Shown here piece after piece: positions 40,901 to 53,028 of a stretch of DNA of 64,000 bases (position 1 is the stretch's first letter; each line of letters starts with the position of its first letter). Origin of the DNA: the human T2T-CHM13v2.0 reference genome, Homo sapiens; assembly GCF_009914755.1 (NCBI RefSeq), contig NC_060944.1; one strand, 5' to 3'. The position numbers and the translations under genes were made by a program. The notes beneath the pieces are model-generated. The model was not told the DNA's origin and did no database searches. It saw only the letters and a list, made by a program, of their open reading frames with translations.

Positions 40901-41956
40901 TAAATTAAGTTCTATGTTAAAATATAGGAGGGTAATGTGACTTGGGGGCCTCTACCTCATTATTTTGGAAGAAATGGAATCAGAATTCAATGCCACACCA
41001 TTAGACATTCTCTAGTGAAATGATGCCGTTAACTCACCGGTGATCATGCTGCTGGGACAGGATGGGAGGGTGAGAAGTGGGGGAAAGGGGTGTTTTTCTC
41101 TATTCTTAAGGATGCTGTGAAGTACACCTTGCCCAGTGTTCAGGGGGCTGAAAGTAAGGGCAGCACCTATCTGTGTCATGCATGACAAGAGGCTGTGCCA
41201 GAAAGGGAAGAATTTTTAAAAATAATAAAAATCCCGATTTAATGATAAATAATCATGCCCTGCCTCTGACGTTAAAGGGCATCATTGTCTCGGCTCAGCG
41301 ATGTAAATCACCATAATGGACGAATCTTTTAAAAGTAACATGGAATTTAAAAATGGAAAATATGAGGGCCATGCAGGATGACTGTGAAAATCATCCGTTT
41401 ATTATCTAGGTGTGCTTAATAATCTGCTGCCTGGGGAAGAATCATTTGCTAACCCTGAGGAATGGCTCATTTTCCAATTCAATCATTCAGGCCAGCACTG
41501 CCTAGGACTTCTCTTCCTCCTCCCTTCCCCTCCCCACTCATGACTTCTTTCGTCACTGTCTAGAAAGAGTCTATCACTGCCATAACTTCCATTAAAGCCT
41601 CCACTAAACAGTTTCAAAAGAACAAGGTAGGTTCACCATGAGCTGGTGCAGTTAGCAACAAATCAGCCTTCAATTGGTGAGAATGACTCATTTGAAAGGG
41701 ATTATTAGCCAAATGTTAATTGATTAGTGGAACTAAAGCAATTAAAGTGAACAGAGCCTTAGCCTGTCTCCACCCATCCTCAACGCAGGCATCTTTCTAC
41801 CATGTGACTCACCCTCTGCAAATTATGAGCATTCCTGGTCCACAGAGAAATGGTTTTTCCTTTTTACGGTTTCCAGAATTTTGTGAGAGGCTTTGAAATC
41901 AAGAAATGGAAATCAAATAAGTAAGTGCAAAAAGACAATCTACTACTTGGTATGCC

Positions 41957-42200
41957 TGTATCAGATAGAATTGGCTGGATTATGCTGCTGTAACAAATAG
42001 CCCCTAAGTCACAGTGACTTAACACATCAAACGTTGACTTTCTATTCACGCTACTCATCTGCCATTAGTTGAGGGTGGTGGGCTCCACAGGTTGCATCCC
42101 CATAAAGCTGACCTTGCATAATACACAACCCCCAAATCACAATGACTTAACACAACAGAAGTTTACCTTTTACTCGTGAGTTGCAGGTGGGGGGCTTGCT
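41957..42200. mobile_element. Old MLT1-type LTR end(s), start motif present twice
   Basis: ttatgctgctgtaacaaatagcccctaagtcacagtgacttaacaca, and again aacccccaaatcacaatgacttaacacaacagaagttta. Confidence 0.6.
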
Positions 42201-42379
42201 TGTTTTCATCACTAACTGCTAAGGAGACAAGGACGTTATTCTCTACCATGGACTTGGAGGAGAAGGAGAATGGAAATAACTGTAAGAAACCCTGTTCATT
42301 ACCCCAGTGCCTAGTGCCTTATACAATTGAAGAACATTAGTCATCATCATATTCCTTTCCCCAACAATTGACACCATTA

Positions 42380-42600
42380 TTGAAGTTTGCCTATGTTCAG
42401 ATCTGTGCTCATTGCTTTATGTGCGGTATCTCATTGAATTTTCACAACAGCTCTGTGGCATACAGGGCATTGTAAACCTCCTTTTCTGAAATGAGGCTCA
42501 GGGTAATTAGTAACTTACCCATCATCTCACCTAGTAACTTACAGAGCTGTTTTGATCCCTAGTTTGCTTGACTCCACAGCCCATGACATGCTACAAGTCG
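42380..42600 (-). mobile_element. MIR SINE
   Basis: gctttatgtgcggtatctcattgaattttcacaacagctctgtg...tgaggctcagg...taacttaccca. Confidence 0.7.
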
Positions 42601-43269
42601 TACTGAAATAAGTCCTCTCTGTCTTTCTCCCTGAGGATCTCTCAAAGTGCAGTGGATGTAATTCTGGTGTTTCACAACATGATTTTACATAGCATACGGG
42701 CCAACATTTTTTTTCTTTAACAGTTGATATGTATCGTAATGTGTATGTGAAAAAGATATAACTCGTGGCAAAATCATGATCTAATAGATGTTATTGCTTA
42801 AGTTGAGGCTTAACTGAATTTTTAAGTTTAAAAATAGTCAAGTTTTTAAATTAAGTAAATATAATAGGGAAAAACATGAAAGCAGTACACAATTAATGGA
42901 GGTTTGAAAATTTGAATCTTTTCACATAAACAATCCATCAAACAGCCTAATATTTACTAAGATTGTCTGTGGGCTAGAGAATACTTTGACATCACCCGCT
43001 TTGGGAAGTATTTATCATCCCTTCCTTTTAATGCGTCTTCACCCCAATGGTTAAGAACTTTCTTTTCTGTGCTTCAGAAGTATCTTGTATAGTTTAGGAC
43101 CAATCACATTGTATAGTAGTTACCTAACATGTCTCTCTTTCACAATAGACTATGTAACTTTCATGGGATTTTATTAATCTTGGTATTTTCGGCTACTGAT
43201 CCAAATAGATATTTTACAATAAAATCATGGAACTTACCTAGGTGGAGTATGCAATGCAGTGAAAGAGAC

Positions 43270-43790
43270 GAACATCGCATCAATAGGATTCTGCTACAAG
43301 TAACAAGGAAAACATCACATTCAAACTGGTTTATAAGGAATTACTGGCTCATGTAATTGAAAAACCCCAAAATCATGTATACATCAGGGAAGGCTTGCTC
43401 TAGCAGCTGGACAATATCACCAAGAAGGCAACGTCCTTCTGTCTCCTACCATTTCTTGCAGCCTCAAGACGGCAGCTAGAAGACTCTAGAGTTATAAACT
43501 TCCTCATTCATATCCAACAGGAAAGAGAAAGTGTCTTTTTCCTGTCTTTCCCAGCAGTTTTGTAGACAATCACTGGGAATAGACCACCTTATGTCATATA
43601 CCAAGTTCCCAAACCATTACCCGTTTTCAGGGGCATGAAGTGAGCTCATTGGCTTGGTCAAGGTCACCTGCTCCACTGCTAGTCCTGGAAAGGGGGTCTG
43701 GGTTTCCAGAATTCTGCAGAGGATCTGAAGCAAACCAGGGGCTAACAGAAGGGGGAGGGCAGGACAGCAGATAACAAGAAACATGAATCT
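43270..43790. mobile_element. Probable MLT1-type LTR
   Basis: caagtaacaaggaaaac...tcaaactggttta...ggaattactggctcatgtaattgaaaa...cattggcttggtc...ggtcacctgctccac. Confidence 0.6.
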
Positions 43791-44854
43791 GACTCCAGTG
43801 AACTGGAAGCATTTTGTAACTAGCATTGAATGCCCCTGTGTCACCTTGAAAGTGATGACTTTGCCTTTGTCCTATCACAGGTCACCACTGCCTTTAAATC
43901 AGATTACCTAAAAGCAATGTTGAACTTTAACACATCTTTCCATATGCTGTGCTTCCCGTAGGCAAGATTTTGCATTTGTGCTATTTTCTCCAGCCCCTTT
44001 TCCTGGTTTCATTTTGCATACCATAAAGATCATGAGAAAGCTTAATTCAGGACACAACTCTTAGGTTCTCAGCTCTACACTGAGATCCTGTTTTGTTTCA
44101 CCTTGCTAAAAACGTCTTGCCCAGTTTATCTTTCAATTCGTTTTCTGGATCTTCGTCCAATTTAAAAATATGTTAAGATTATTTTTAGATCCTAGTCATT
44201 AGTGCTATGAGACTGTTTTCAAACAGATTTATTCTTTTCTCTCATTTGCTCAATATTTGATTCCCTATTTAAAGTGCTTTTCTCCTTTCAAGCTTTCTAC
44301 AAATCTAAACATTGGGAGAAAAAAAATGAGGGAAAGGACCAATTCTCTATATTTGTGTAATTGTAAGCAAAATGTGCTGTACTCTTTTCTGGCCACTTGG
44401 CACATAGGTTACAGGTCATGAACTATATATGAAGGCCTGCAGTTCAAATGAGATCCACAGATCTGGTATGTTCCTCCCAGACTGTGTTTCAAATAGACAA
44501 GTGTTAGTTGCCTGGGTTTTTTTTTTTTTCTTTTAAAGGAGACTTCATTTAAATTTCAGGGTATTTTATATCCAAATATAGAATTAGAGCCTTCTTTAAG
44601 ACTTGATTTGAAAGCACTGAAGTCACTATCCTATATGGCAATAATTGGGTGGAGCTTTCACTGTTGGGGCTTACCACTCCCACTGTGACTGCTGGGACAA
44701 GGCTCAAACTTCTGAAACTCTGTGGCCAAGGAGAGGAGACTAGCTACAGTTTCTTACTGAGGAAAGGGAGTGGTATCAGGGGGTTGGGGGAGACCCCTGT
44801 TGTTGAATGTCCAGAGGTGGTGCCTGTGATATTGACCCCCATAGGTGAGCTCGT

Positions 44855-45110
44855 GTGATGTAATGGTCAGGTCTTGGCCTTTACGTGAATCTACGTGAAT
44901 TCCAAAGTGGTGAATATATATTCCACCACTTTGGAATTACATCCTCGTGGGCAAGTTGCCTACTTCCTCCAAGCCTCCGTTCTTGTTTGTAAAATGAGGA
45001 CATTGTTACAATCTACTCGTAGAATTGTTTTAAGAATTAAATGAATCCATGAGTTGAGTCCACAAAGCATTGAGCACAGGGCTTGTCCAGTGGAGAAAGT
45101 CTCATGAAGG
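44855..45110 (+). mobile_element. MIR SINE containing a 41-bp palindrome
   Basis: gtgggcaagttgcctacttcctccaagcctccgttcttgtttgtaaaatgagga...aagaattaaatga. Confidence 0.7.
44898..44938. repeat. Near-perfect 41-bp palindrome
   Basis: aattccaaagtggt-gaatat|atattc-c-accactttggaatt (single extra C). Confidence 0.95.
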
Positions 45111-45129
45111 TTGGTTATCACTCTCTTCC

Positions 45130-45495
45130 TGTATTAGTCTGTTTTCACACTGCTATAAAGATACTACCTGAGACTGGGTAATTTATAAACAAAAGAGGTT
45201 TAATTGACTCACAGTTCTGCATGACTGGAGAGGCCTCAAGAAACTTACAATCATGGTGGAAGATGCAGGGGAAGCAAGGCACGTCCTACATGGTGGCAGG
45301 AGAAGAGAGTACGCAGGGGGAAACTGCCACTTTTAAAACCGTGAGAGCTCGTGAGAACCCCCGCACTACCATGAGAACAGCATGGGGGAAACCACCCCCA
45401 TAATCCAGTCATTCCCCACCAGGTCCCTCCCTGGACATGTGGAGATTACAATTCAGAATGAGATTCGGGTGGGGACACAGAGCCCAACCATGTCA
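45130..45495 (-). mobile_element. THE1D-like MaLR solo LTR
   Basis: tgtattagtctgttttcacactgctataaag...gggtggggacacagagcccaaccatgtca; 5-bp TSD cttcc/cttcg. Confidence 0.92.
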
Positions 45496-46119
45496 CTTCG
45501 TCACCATCGGTCCTCGTGTTATTACTACTTCTATTACTGTTGGTCCATTTTAATTTTTTATTCTCATTCTTCCTTTCTCTAATCTCCTTTTTCTCAGTCT
45601 CATTTCATTTTACTTAGCATGGCATCCTTGTAGACAAGGTGGTGGTCAATATTTGTATTTCCCAGATGGCCAACGAAAACAGCCATGTAGAGCCTAACAG
45701 CTGTATCCTAACTCGCATTACAAGCTAGGATCTGGTGTTCACAAAAAACCACCTTCGTTTCTGCTGTTTGTAAAAAGGTCCGAAACCACTAGCTTCTTGT
45801 GGCTATTTTTGGCCCCATAAAGAGGTCTTGGCTCTTGAAATACTGGTCACATTCCAATTAAACAGATTGTCATTTGCCTTCCTGGGCCAGGGGTGAATAT
45901 CACCACTTACTTCCTGCAGGAATTGCCAAGAGCAAGTGGGTCTAAATGGGGTGCACACCCACTGTGAAACTGAATAGCCAAAATCCAAAGACCAGGGATA
46001 GCCTCAGGTTTACACTGTGATACTGTGTTTCTGGATAAAGAATCTGATAAAAATAAAAGAAGCTGCTGTATCTCTGTCTTCTACCTGGAGAGAAATCTCC
46101 ACAGTCTTCCAATTAAGAC

Positions 46120-46335
46120 CATAGGCTCCGGAAACAGACCTGAACTCCAACCTCAGGCACACCACTTACCAGCTATGTGACCTCAGGCTAGTATTAACCC
46201 TCAATTTCCTCATCTGTAAATGGGGAACTATATTAATGTCTACCTTTTAGGATAAGTGTGTGAATGAAGTAAGGCTTGTAAAGCACTTAGCATAGGTCTG
46301 GACAGAGGGAGCTCTACACAAACATTTGTTGCTGT
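46120..46335 (+). mobile_element. MIR SINE
   Basis: accacttaccagctatgtgacctcaggc...tttcctcatctgtaaatgggga...gtaaagcacttagcatag. Confidence 0.85.
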
Positions 46336-46529
46336 TATGACTGAAACAAATGGTGGACCAAACCATGGCAGTTTAACACACATTTATATCTCCCCCGTCT
46401 CCTTTCCCAGCCCTTCCCCTAACGCTGTGGAATAGCACTTGGATTGAATAAAGGAGGGAAAATGGTTTTAGGACAATAACTGAATAACTGAACCACTTTG
46501 GATTTTTTTCTGGGGGGAAGGTGTGCAGG

Positions 46530-46692
46530 AATTTAAGCAGCATCAGCCTCACCTAGGAACTTGTTAGAAATTCAGACTCTCAGACCCCACCCCAGACCTA
46601 CTGAATCAGAAACCGTGACAATGGAACCACGTGCGCTGTGTTTAGCAAGCCTCACTGGTGATTCCAAAGCACACTAGTTTAAGAACCACTGG
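46530..46692. mobile_element. MER5A MITE
   Basis: cagcatcagcctcacctaggaacttgttagaaat...ccccacccagacctactgaatcagaaac...gtttaagaaccactg. Confidence 0.85.
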
Positions 46693-49600
46693 TTTAAATG
46701 GAAGTTGGAACTCCGCTGATGCTGAATCAAATTGGGTTTGCCTTCTTTCTTCCTTTCTTCCCCTCTACTTAGCAATGCCTGTGTCAGCCTATTTGGAACC
46801 AAATTTCTCTGTCTCATAATGGAAAGAAAAAGCATTTCTTCCAATAATTTCCCCTTACGATAAATATGCATCTCTGTTTTTTATTTTTCAAAAGCCCCAG
46901 AAAAGCGTGATGTGGGACCAGCCTTTACCAACTCCAGCAGGAACTGATCATAAGTCCAATGAATATATTCTTAGGAAGGACTTGTCCTAATTATCCACTG
47001 CAGGTTCATCTTACTGTGTCTCTACAACCAAGCCATGTGCTAGATGGCAAGGGAGGAAGCTGTATTTCTATGTTAAGTAACACTGATGTATCCAGATACT
47101 TGGTTTTTAAGTAGTAATTTTTTTTTAACTTTCAGGCAAGTAAAAGAAACAAAGTATCACTGAGGCTACTTGAAGGAATCTTGGGACCTGAGTATGTTTA
47201 TTAAGTATTTTTCTTCTTTCTTCTTCCAAAAAGAATTTGAGGAGATTTTTCAATAAAAGAGATAAAATCATAAAAGTAACATGGTGGAGGGACAAATAGG
47301 GGCTCATAATGAAGGAGCAGATCAGTTGTGCCAGAAAACCTAAGCTAAGAAGTGCTACTCTAAGTGACTGCAAAATGAAACTCAGAGGTTCCTGGCTGCA
47401 AAGGCAAAAAGAGAAACAGGATGAGTCACAGAGCCTTTGTTCTCTAACAAGAAAGCAGATACATTCATCAGGAAAGAAAAACTATTTCCTAGCACTAGAC
47501 TCTAAGAGAAATTTATCGTGGAGTCCCTTACATAAGGTACATGAGTATGTATATTTAACACAGATCTCCGGTGTTAACCGTGGGATTTATCTGTCTTTTA
47601 GGGAAGTAAATTTCAGAGCTCAGCAGGTTGACAGTGTCTCTTCAAATTTACAGTGTCAACGTGCAGTAAACTAGCTGCTTCCCATGCCACGTTTTACTGG
47701 ACCGTCTATCAATATTTGATCAAATTGGGCCAAAGTTTCAAACTGCCCTTAAATTTACCCAGAGAAAGTGCTTGTACATGCAGAATGCCTGAGTGGGCTT
47801 CAAAATTGAGTCCTTGTGAACGGGAAGCATCTTTTAAAAATATATCTGCACCGTTTGCTCAAGTCTGAATCCTTCCTAAGAATGCTTATAATGTAAATCT
47901 ATCTGCAAATCCATAGTTGCCCATAAAAATGCCAAGCACATGGCTTGTTTCTCCCAGGTATACAGACAATAATTTACGTGTAATCGTGTCTCTAATTGTA
48001 TATACATCTAATTGTACATACATCTAACATGAATAATGTTATTCACAGAACATATGTGGTTGACTAAAATAGGAGTTCCTTTGTGTGAACCTAAAGGATT
48101 GATTGAGATGATAAAATGTCATCGCTGCTCTGACTACGTCTTTGATATTTGTATGGAATAATTACATGAATAGGTCCAATGGTTTTATTACCATGGCGAT
48201 GCATTGTGTGTTATTGCTTCTCTTCTTGTCTAAACTGGGTTTCCAGGACTCTGCTGGAAAATGCACCTCTATAATCCTCAGACTACCCCCCCACCCAGAT
48301 CTGCTCCTGACTCCATATAAAAGTAAATTCTTATCACCTGGGAATGTTTTTCCTTCAGCCTAAAACAGTCTCTGTTCCATATTCTTGAAATCCCAGGATG
48401 GAAGTCTTGCTTGAATTATAGAAGTCTTGCTGGTTGAAGCATTGCTACATTTTTTGGGTGTATTGTTTCACCTTAATATATAAGATCCTTTTACTGTCCA
48501 ACATGAGACACTTGGAGGTGGTGTTCATGGCCTTTCAAGGCTGGTTCCTATCCCATAGTCAGAGATATAATCTATAGAGCCTTTAACTCAATGGGAAATG
48601 ACAGAAATTGCAGCGGGAAGCAGAATTTTATCCAAATGTTCTTCCTCTGAATTGTTAAGCATTAAACCTCAACATTAACCTAAATGTTCAGAGATAGTTC
48701 TTTCCTAGGTATGTGGAATATTAACCAAATGGTTTTGGCAATTTACATTTTTAGCCTCTACGCAGGAGTACATTCCATTTAGAAAACTAGATATTCTAAG
48801 TGGTGGAAGATGTGACAGAGGCGTTAATACTTGAAGCCATCATAGTTCAAGTTGTAGTTTCAGTATTGTGCTTTAACTCGTTTTTTGTTTTTTTTTTTTA
48901 TGAGTTATCAAGTTATCATGTTTCAAATACCATTTTTCTTCCTTATAGTTAAAAACAACAGCAGCCAAAGCCCTTGCAGTGAATATTTTGTGATATTCAA
49001 ACCTGTGGGAAACAGGAATATCAAGGACATTTTTCTTTCCTGGATTTTCTAGTATTTTGAAAATTTTGTGCTGTTTATAAACAAGCAAATTGTCCACTGA
49101 AACGCAGCACACCAGTGAGCAATCTTTGAGCAGTGTAGGGAATCTGACTTGAGCGTTTTCCTGAGTGCCCTCTGTTTGCACCATTAGTGTTAAATGTCTG
49201 TCAGCCTTTCCATTGTAGTCACTGTTTTTCTGGGATTTATTACTCAACTCTAAAAACCAGCTCCAGGCTACAAATTGCCATAAAGGGGAGGTCATTTTTT
49301 TCCCCTATTGAAGTAGTGTGGGTGGGAAGGAGAAAAAGTATTCATTCCACCCTCTTATTTTTTTTTTGAGTCAAAAAACAAAAAAGCTGTACTCATAACC
49401 AGAGTGTATGGCTTGATATTTTATTGAAATAAATATGTACATAAATTATTATCTTATCTTAAAACTGTTGGATGATGTTGAGAGATTATTGTTAGTAGGT
49501 CAAGCCAAAACTTGACGTTTTCAGGGGAAACCAAATCATATGTTCTGCTTTTAATCTGGCGTTTCCTGGTTTGTGTTTTAAGGGAAATGTCCTTCATTGG

Positions 49601-49751
49601 ATGAACCTTTATTTTGTGCCTTGGAACCAGGCATACGTGATAACAGGATACATAAAAGGTGGTAATTGTCCCTGACCTCAAATAATTAATGGTCTAGGTA
49701 GGAGAAGAACATTAAACCATGGTTTCCTACCATGTGCACTTGCTCTTGCAG

Positions 49752-50230
49752 ATTTTTTTTATTATTATACTTTAAGATCTGCAGTACATGAGCAGAATGT
49801 GCAGGTTTGGTTACATAGGTATACACGTGCCATGGTGGTTTGCTGCACCCATCAACCCATCATTTACATTAGGTATTTCTCCTAATGCTATCCCTCTCCT
49901 AGCCCCCCACCCACCAACAGGCCCCGGTGTGTGATGTTCCCCCCACTGTGTCCATGTGTTCTCATTGTTCAGCTCCCACTTATGAGGAACAACATGCAGT
50001 GTTTCGTTTTCTGTTCTTGTGTTAGTTTGCTGAGAATGATGGTTTCCAGCTTCATCCATGTCCCTGCAAAGGACGTGGACTCATCCTTTTGTATGGTTGC
50101 ATAGTATTCCATGGTGTATATGTACCACATTTTCTTTATCCAGTCTATCATTGATGGGCATTTGGGTTGGTTCCAAGTCTTTGCTATTGTGAATACTGCC
50201 ACAATAGACATACGTGTGCATGTATCTTTA
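49752..50230 (-). mobile_element. 5'-truncated primate L1PA (about L1PA7/8) 3' end
   Basis: tttttttattattatactttaag...gtgcaggtttggttacataggtatacacgtgccatggtggtttgctgcaccc; TSD tcttgcag at 49744-49751 and 50231-50238. Confidence 0.95.
49969..50230 (-). pseudogene. L1 ORF2p C-terminal remnant (non-functional)
   Basis: KDTCTRM...TIAKTWNQPKCPSMIDWIKKMWYIYTMEYY...GTWMKLETIILSKLTQEQKTKH matches the L1 ORF2p C-terminus. Confidence 0.93.
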
Positions 50231-51610
50231 TCTTGCAGGTAAATTTTAAGCATGCAACCCTAAAATATGTATATCGTGTGTAAATTATATGCATATGCTA
50301 CTGTACTAGCAAAAAATGTGCTTCATTAAAATGTGTACAAAATGGAAATTTGAAAAGAATTAGATATAAAAATTAAGTTTATGTAGATAGTATTAAAGAC
50401 TATATATTATTATATATTTTATAGATATGCATAAATATTATTTATATGTAAAACTCCATCCTATTTGCTCATAGTATTTAAAAAATTCTGGCTTTTAATT
50501 TTTTTAAACATTTTATAGTAAGAGCAAACATTTAATATGGTTCATAATTTTTGAAGATCTTGGTTTATTACTTCATCATATATTGATTCAAAGATCTGGT
50601 TGTCAATTATTATTATTATGTTTAGTGACTTCATTTAAATGGCTGTACTAGCTGAGATATAACACAAAAATGCATGAGTTCAAGTGGATCCAACTAAGCC
50701 CAGATGATGAAGTCCATGTATCCAGTTGCATAGGCACATTGAAGCTGCCCTTCCTGGAAATAGGCTGAGATTTAAGGAAGGAGCCAAGGATCACATCAGC
50801 CCTCCACCTTGATGAACTTCCCCGCCCCACCCCTGGGTGCCTGCCCCCGGCAGATGACACCTTCACATCTAGAACAAGTCAGGACACCAGTGTCAACCTG
50901 TATTTTCTTACTTTCAGATAAAAATTACTATTTCTTACCTAAAAAGAAAACACAAATAGATATAAATTCAATTTCTTATATGATCTTCCTGTCACAAAAT
51001 GAATCCTCTCTTGAACTCTCTGCAGTGCACACAGGCCCCCAAAGGGAGACTTACTAAAATGTAATATGAGCTTCCAATTCTCTCCTATTTATAGGATGAC
51101 CCTCACCTTTAGGAGCTCTTCGACTGCCAGTGATACTCTTTCAGCCACCCCCACCCATAAAAACATGTAGTTCTCTTTCACCCAGACAGTAGTCCCTGAG
51201 AAAAGCGACAGAAGTAGAGCCCGTTAGGATTGCAGGAGGCTGTGGTATGGCAGTGTCTGGCTGGTAGGTGTCCCATGTACCCAACAAGTGCTCTTTGTCA
51301 TTTGTTTTTCCTCTCTAAGCAGGAAATTATTCCCAACCCTAAGTTAGTGAAACCAAAGCTTCCTCTTCCCAACACACACACATACACACGTGAGTCTGAC
51401 TGCTTGAATTCAGAGGCAGGTTCCATGAATGGAACCATAACTGGAGCTGGTTTGAGACCAAGTTTATAAGAAACAGGATCCTTCTCATTGTGCCTGCCCT
51501 CCTGTGACCTGTCTGCAAGCTCTTCTCTATGTCAGGCCACCTCTGGCCCCAACTGTAGCCCCAAGATACCTGCAGGAATTGGGATACCAAGGCATCCTCT
51601 CATATTCTTT

Positions 51611-51774
51611 TTTTTTTTTTTCTCTGAGACAAGGTCTCATTCTGTTGCCCAGGCTGGAGTGCAGTGGCTCGATCTCAGTTCACTGCAGCCTTGCCTCCCA
51701 GGTTCAACTGATTCTCCTGCCTCAGCCTCTGGAGCAGCTGGGACCACAAGCGCACATCACCACGTCCAGCTAAT
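51611..51774 (-). mobile_element. Right-monomer-only Alu (5'-truncated, J-like)
   Basis: gagacaaggtctcattctgttgcccagg...ccagctaa; 14-bp TSD ctctcatattcttt at 51597-51610 and 51775-51788. Confidence 0.92.
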
Positions 51775-52110
51775 CTCTCATATTCTTTAAAAAAATTTTT
51801 TTCTAAGACAAGCCAACAAAACTTCTATAGCTATCATACATCCACAAAAAGATGTTTATTGTGGCATGCTTAGTAAACCCATGCAAATAAGAGAGAAAAA
51901 TATAACTGTCACATCCACACATGGTATGCTGTTAACATTTTGCTGCTTTGTCTTTCTGTACATTTAATGCCTTTTTAACAAAATATTATTATACTTAAAG
52001 TATGTACTATTTTGTAATATCCTTCCTTAGTTAATGATATATCTTCAACATCTTTTCATATTTTTAAATAGTGCTGTAGAAGCTTAGTTTTAATAATAAA
52101 ATCAATTTCA

Positions 52111-52272
52111 GGCTGGGCGTAGTGGCTCATGCCTGTAATCCCAGCACTTTTGGAGATCGAGGTGGGAGAATTGCTTGAACCCAGGGGTTCATAAGTTATT
52201 TATGTATTTATGTTTATAAAGACAGCGAGACCCTGTCTTTATAAACATAAATACATAAATAAACAACAAAAA
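52111..52272 (+). mobile_element. FLAM-like Alu monomer with internal inverted tail copy
   Basis: ggctgggcgtagtggctcatgcctgtaatcccagcac...ccaggggttc[inverted segment]agcgagaccctgtct + A-rich tail. Confidence 0.88.
52196..52262. repeat. Perfect inverted repeat, 30-bp arms, 7-nt loop
   Basis: ttatttatgtatttatgtttataaagacag-cgagacc-ctgtctttataaacataaatacataaataa. Confidence 0.97.
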
Positions 52273-52914
52273 CTACATTTCATTAAATAGTACTCTAATG
52301 TACTCTAATGCATTAAGTCAGTTCAAGTTGTTTGCAACTTTTTTGCTATCACAGCCATATTCTAATACAAAAAAAAAATTGCAGCTGAATATTTGAATAC
52401 ATCTATGATTATTTTCTTGGGATAACTTCCAAAAAGTGGAATTACTGAGCCAGAGCTGTGTTTATGGGTTAGGATGTACTTTTCATTTTTATTTTAAAAT
52501 ATATGCATATGTATTTATACATGCATATGTACAGTTCACATATACACATACACACATATCCATATATGCTCATATATGTATTTATGTATGAAGCAAAATG
52601 GTTTCATCCAATAATACAGTTCTACTATATATGCTGTTAGAGCACATGCACCTTATGGTACTTTATCTAATCTTAGTTGTTGAGAAAAAAATCATTTGTC
52701 AAGGAAAATGATGGCTAACCCTGAGGCTGAAGTACCAGATAGTGGAGAGGGGAAGGGATGGTAGAAGAGGATGGTATTTACCACATAGGAGGAGTGACAA
52801 GTAGAAAAGCCTGGAATTGGTAAAAGACGCTGCGTTCAAGGTACCAACAAATAGTTCTGTTTGGCTGGAATGAGGATAGAAGATAGATGAAAGATAAAAG
52901 GAAAGACCCCTGCT

Positions 52915-53028
52915 GGGTGCAGGGGATCGCTTGAGCCCAGGAGTTTGAAGCTGCAATAAGTTAAGATCGTGCCACTACACTCCAGCCTGAGTGACAGAGC
53001 AAGACTTCAACTCAAAAAAAGAAAAAAA
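52915..53028 (+). mobile_element. FRAM/AluJ right-arm fragment
   Basis: ggatcgcttgagcccaggagtttgaagctgca...ctccagcctgagtgacagagcaagac + A tail. Confidence 0.85.

Noticed and set aside
45130-45495. PRDM9 hotspot motif in the THE1 LTR
   Set aside because: The usual THE1 motif position reads CCTCTCCAGTCAT on the minus strand, and the other CCTCCCT (~45426) continues GGACAT; neither fits CCNCCNTNNCCNC.
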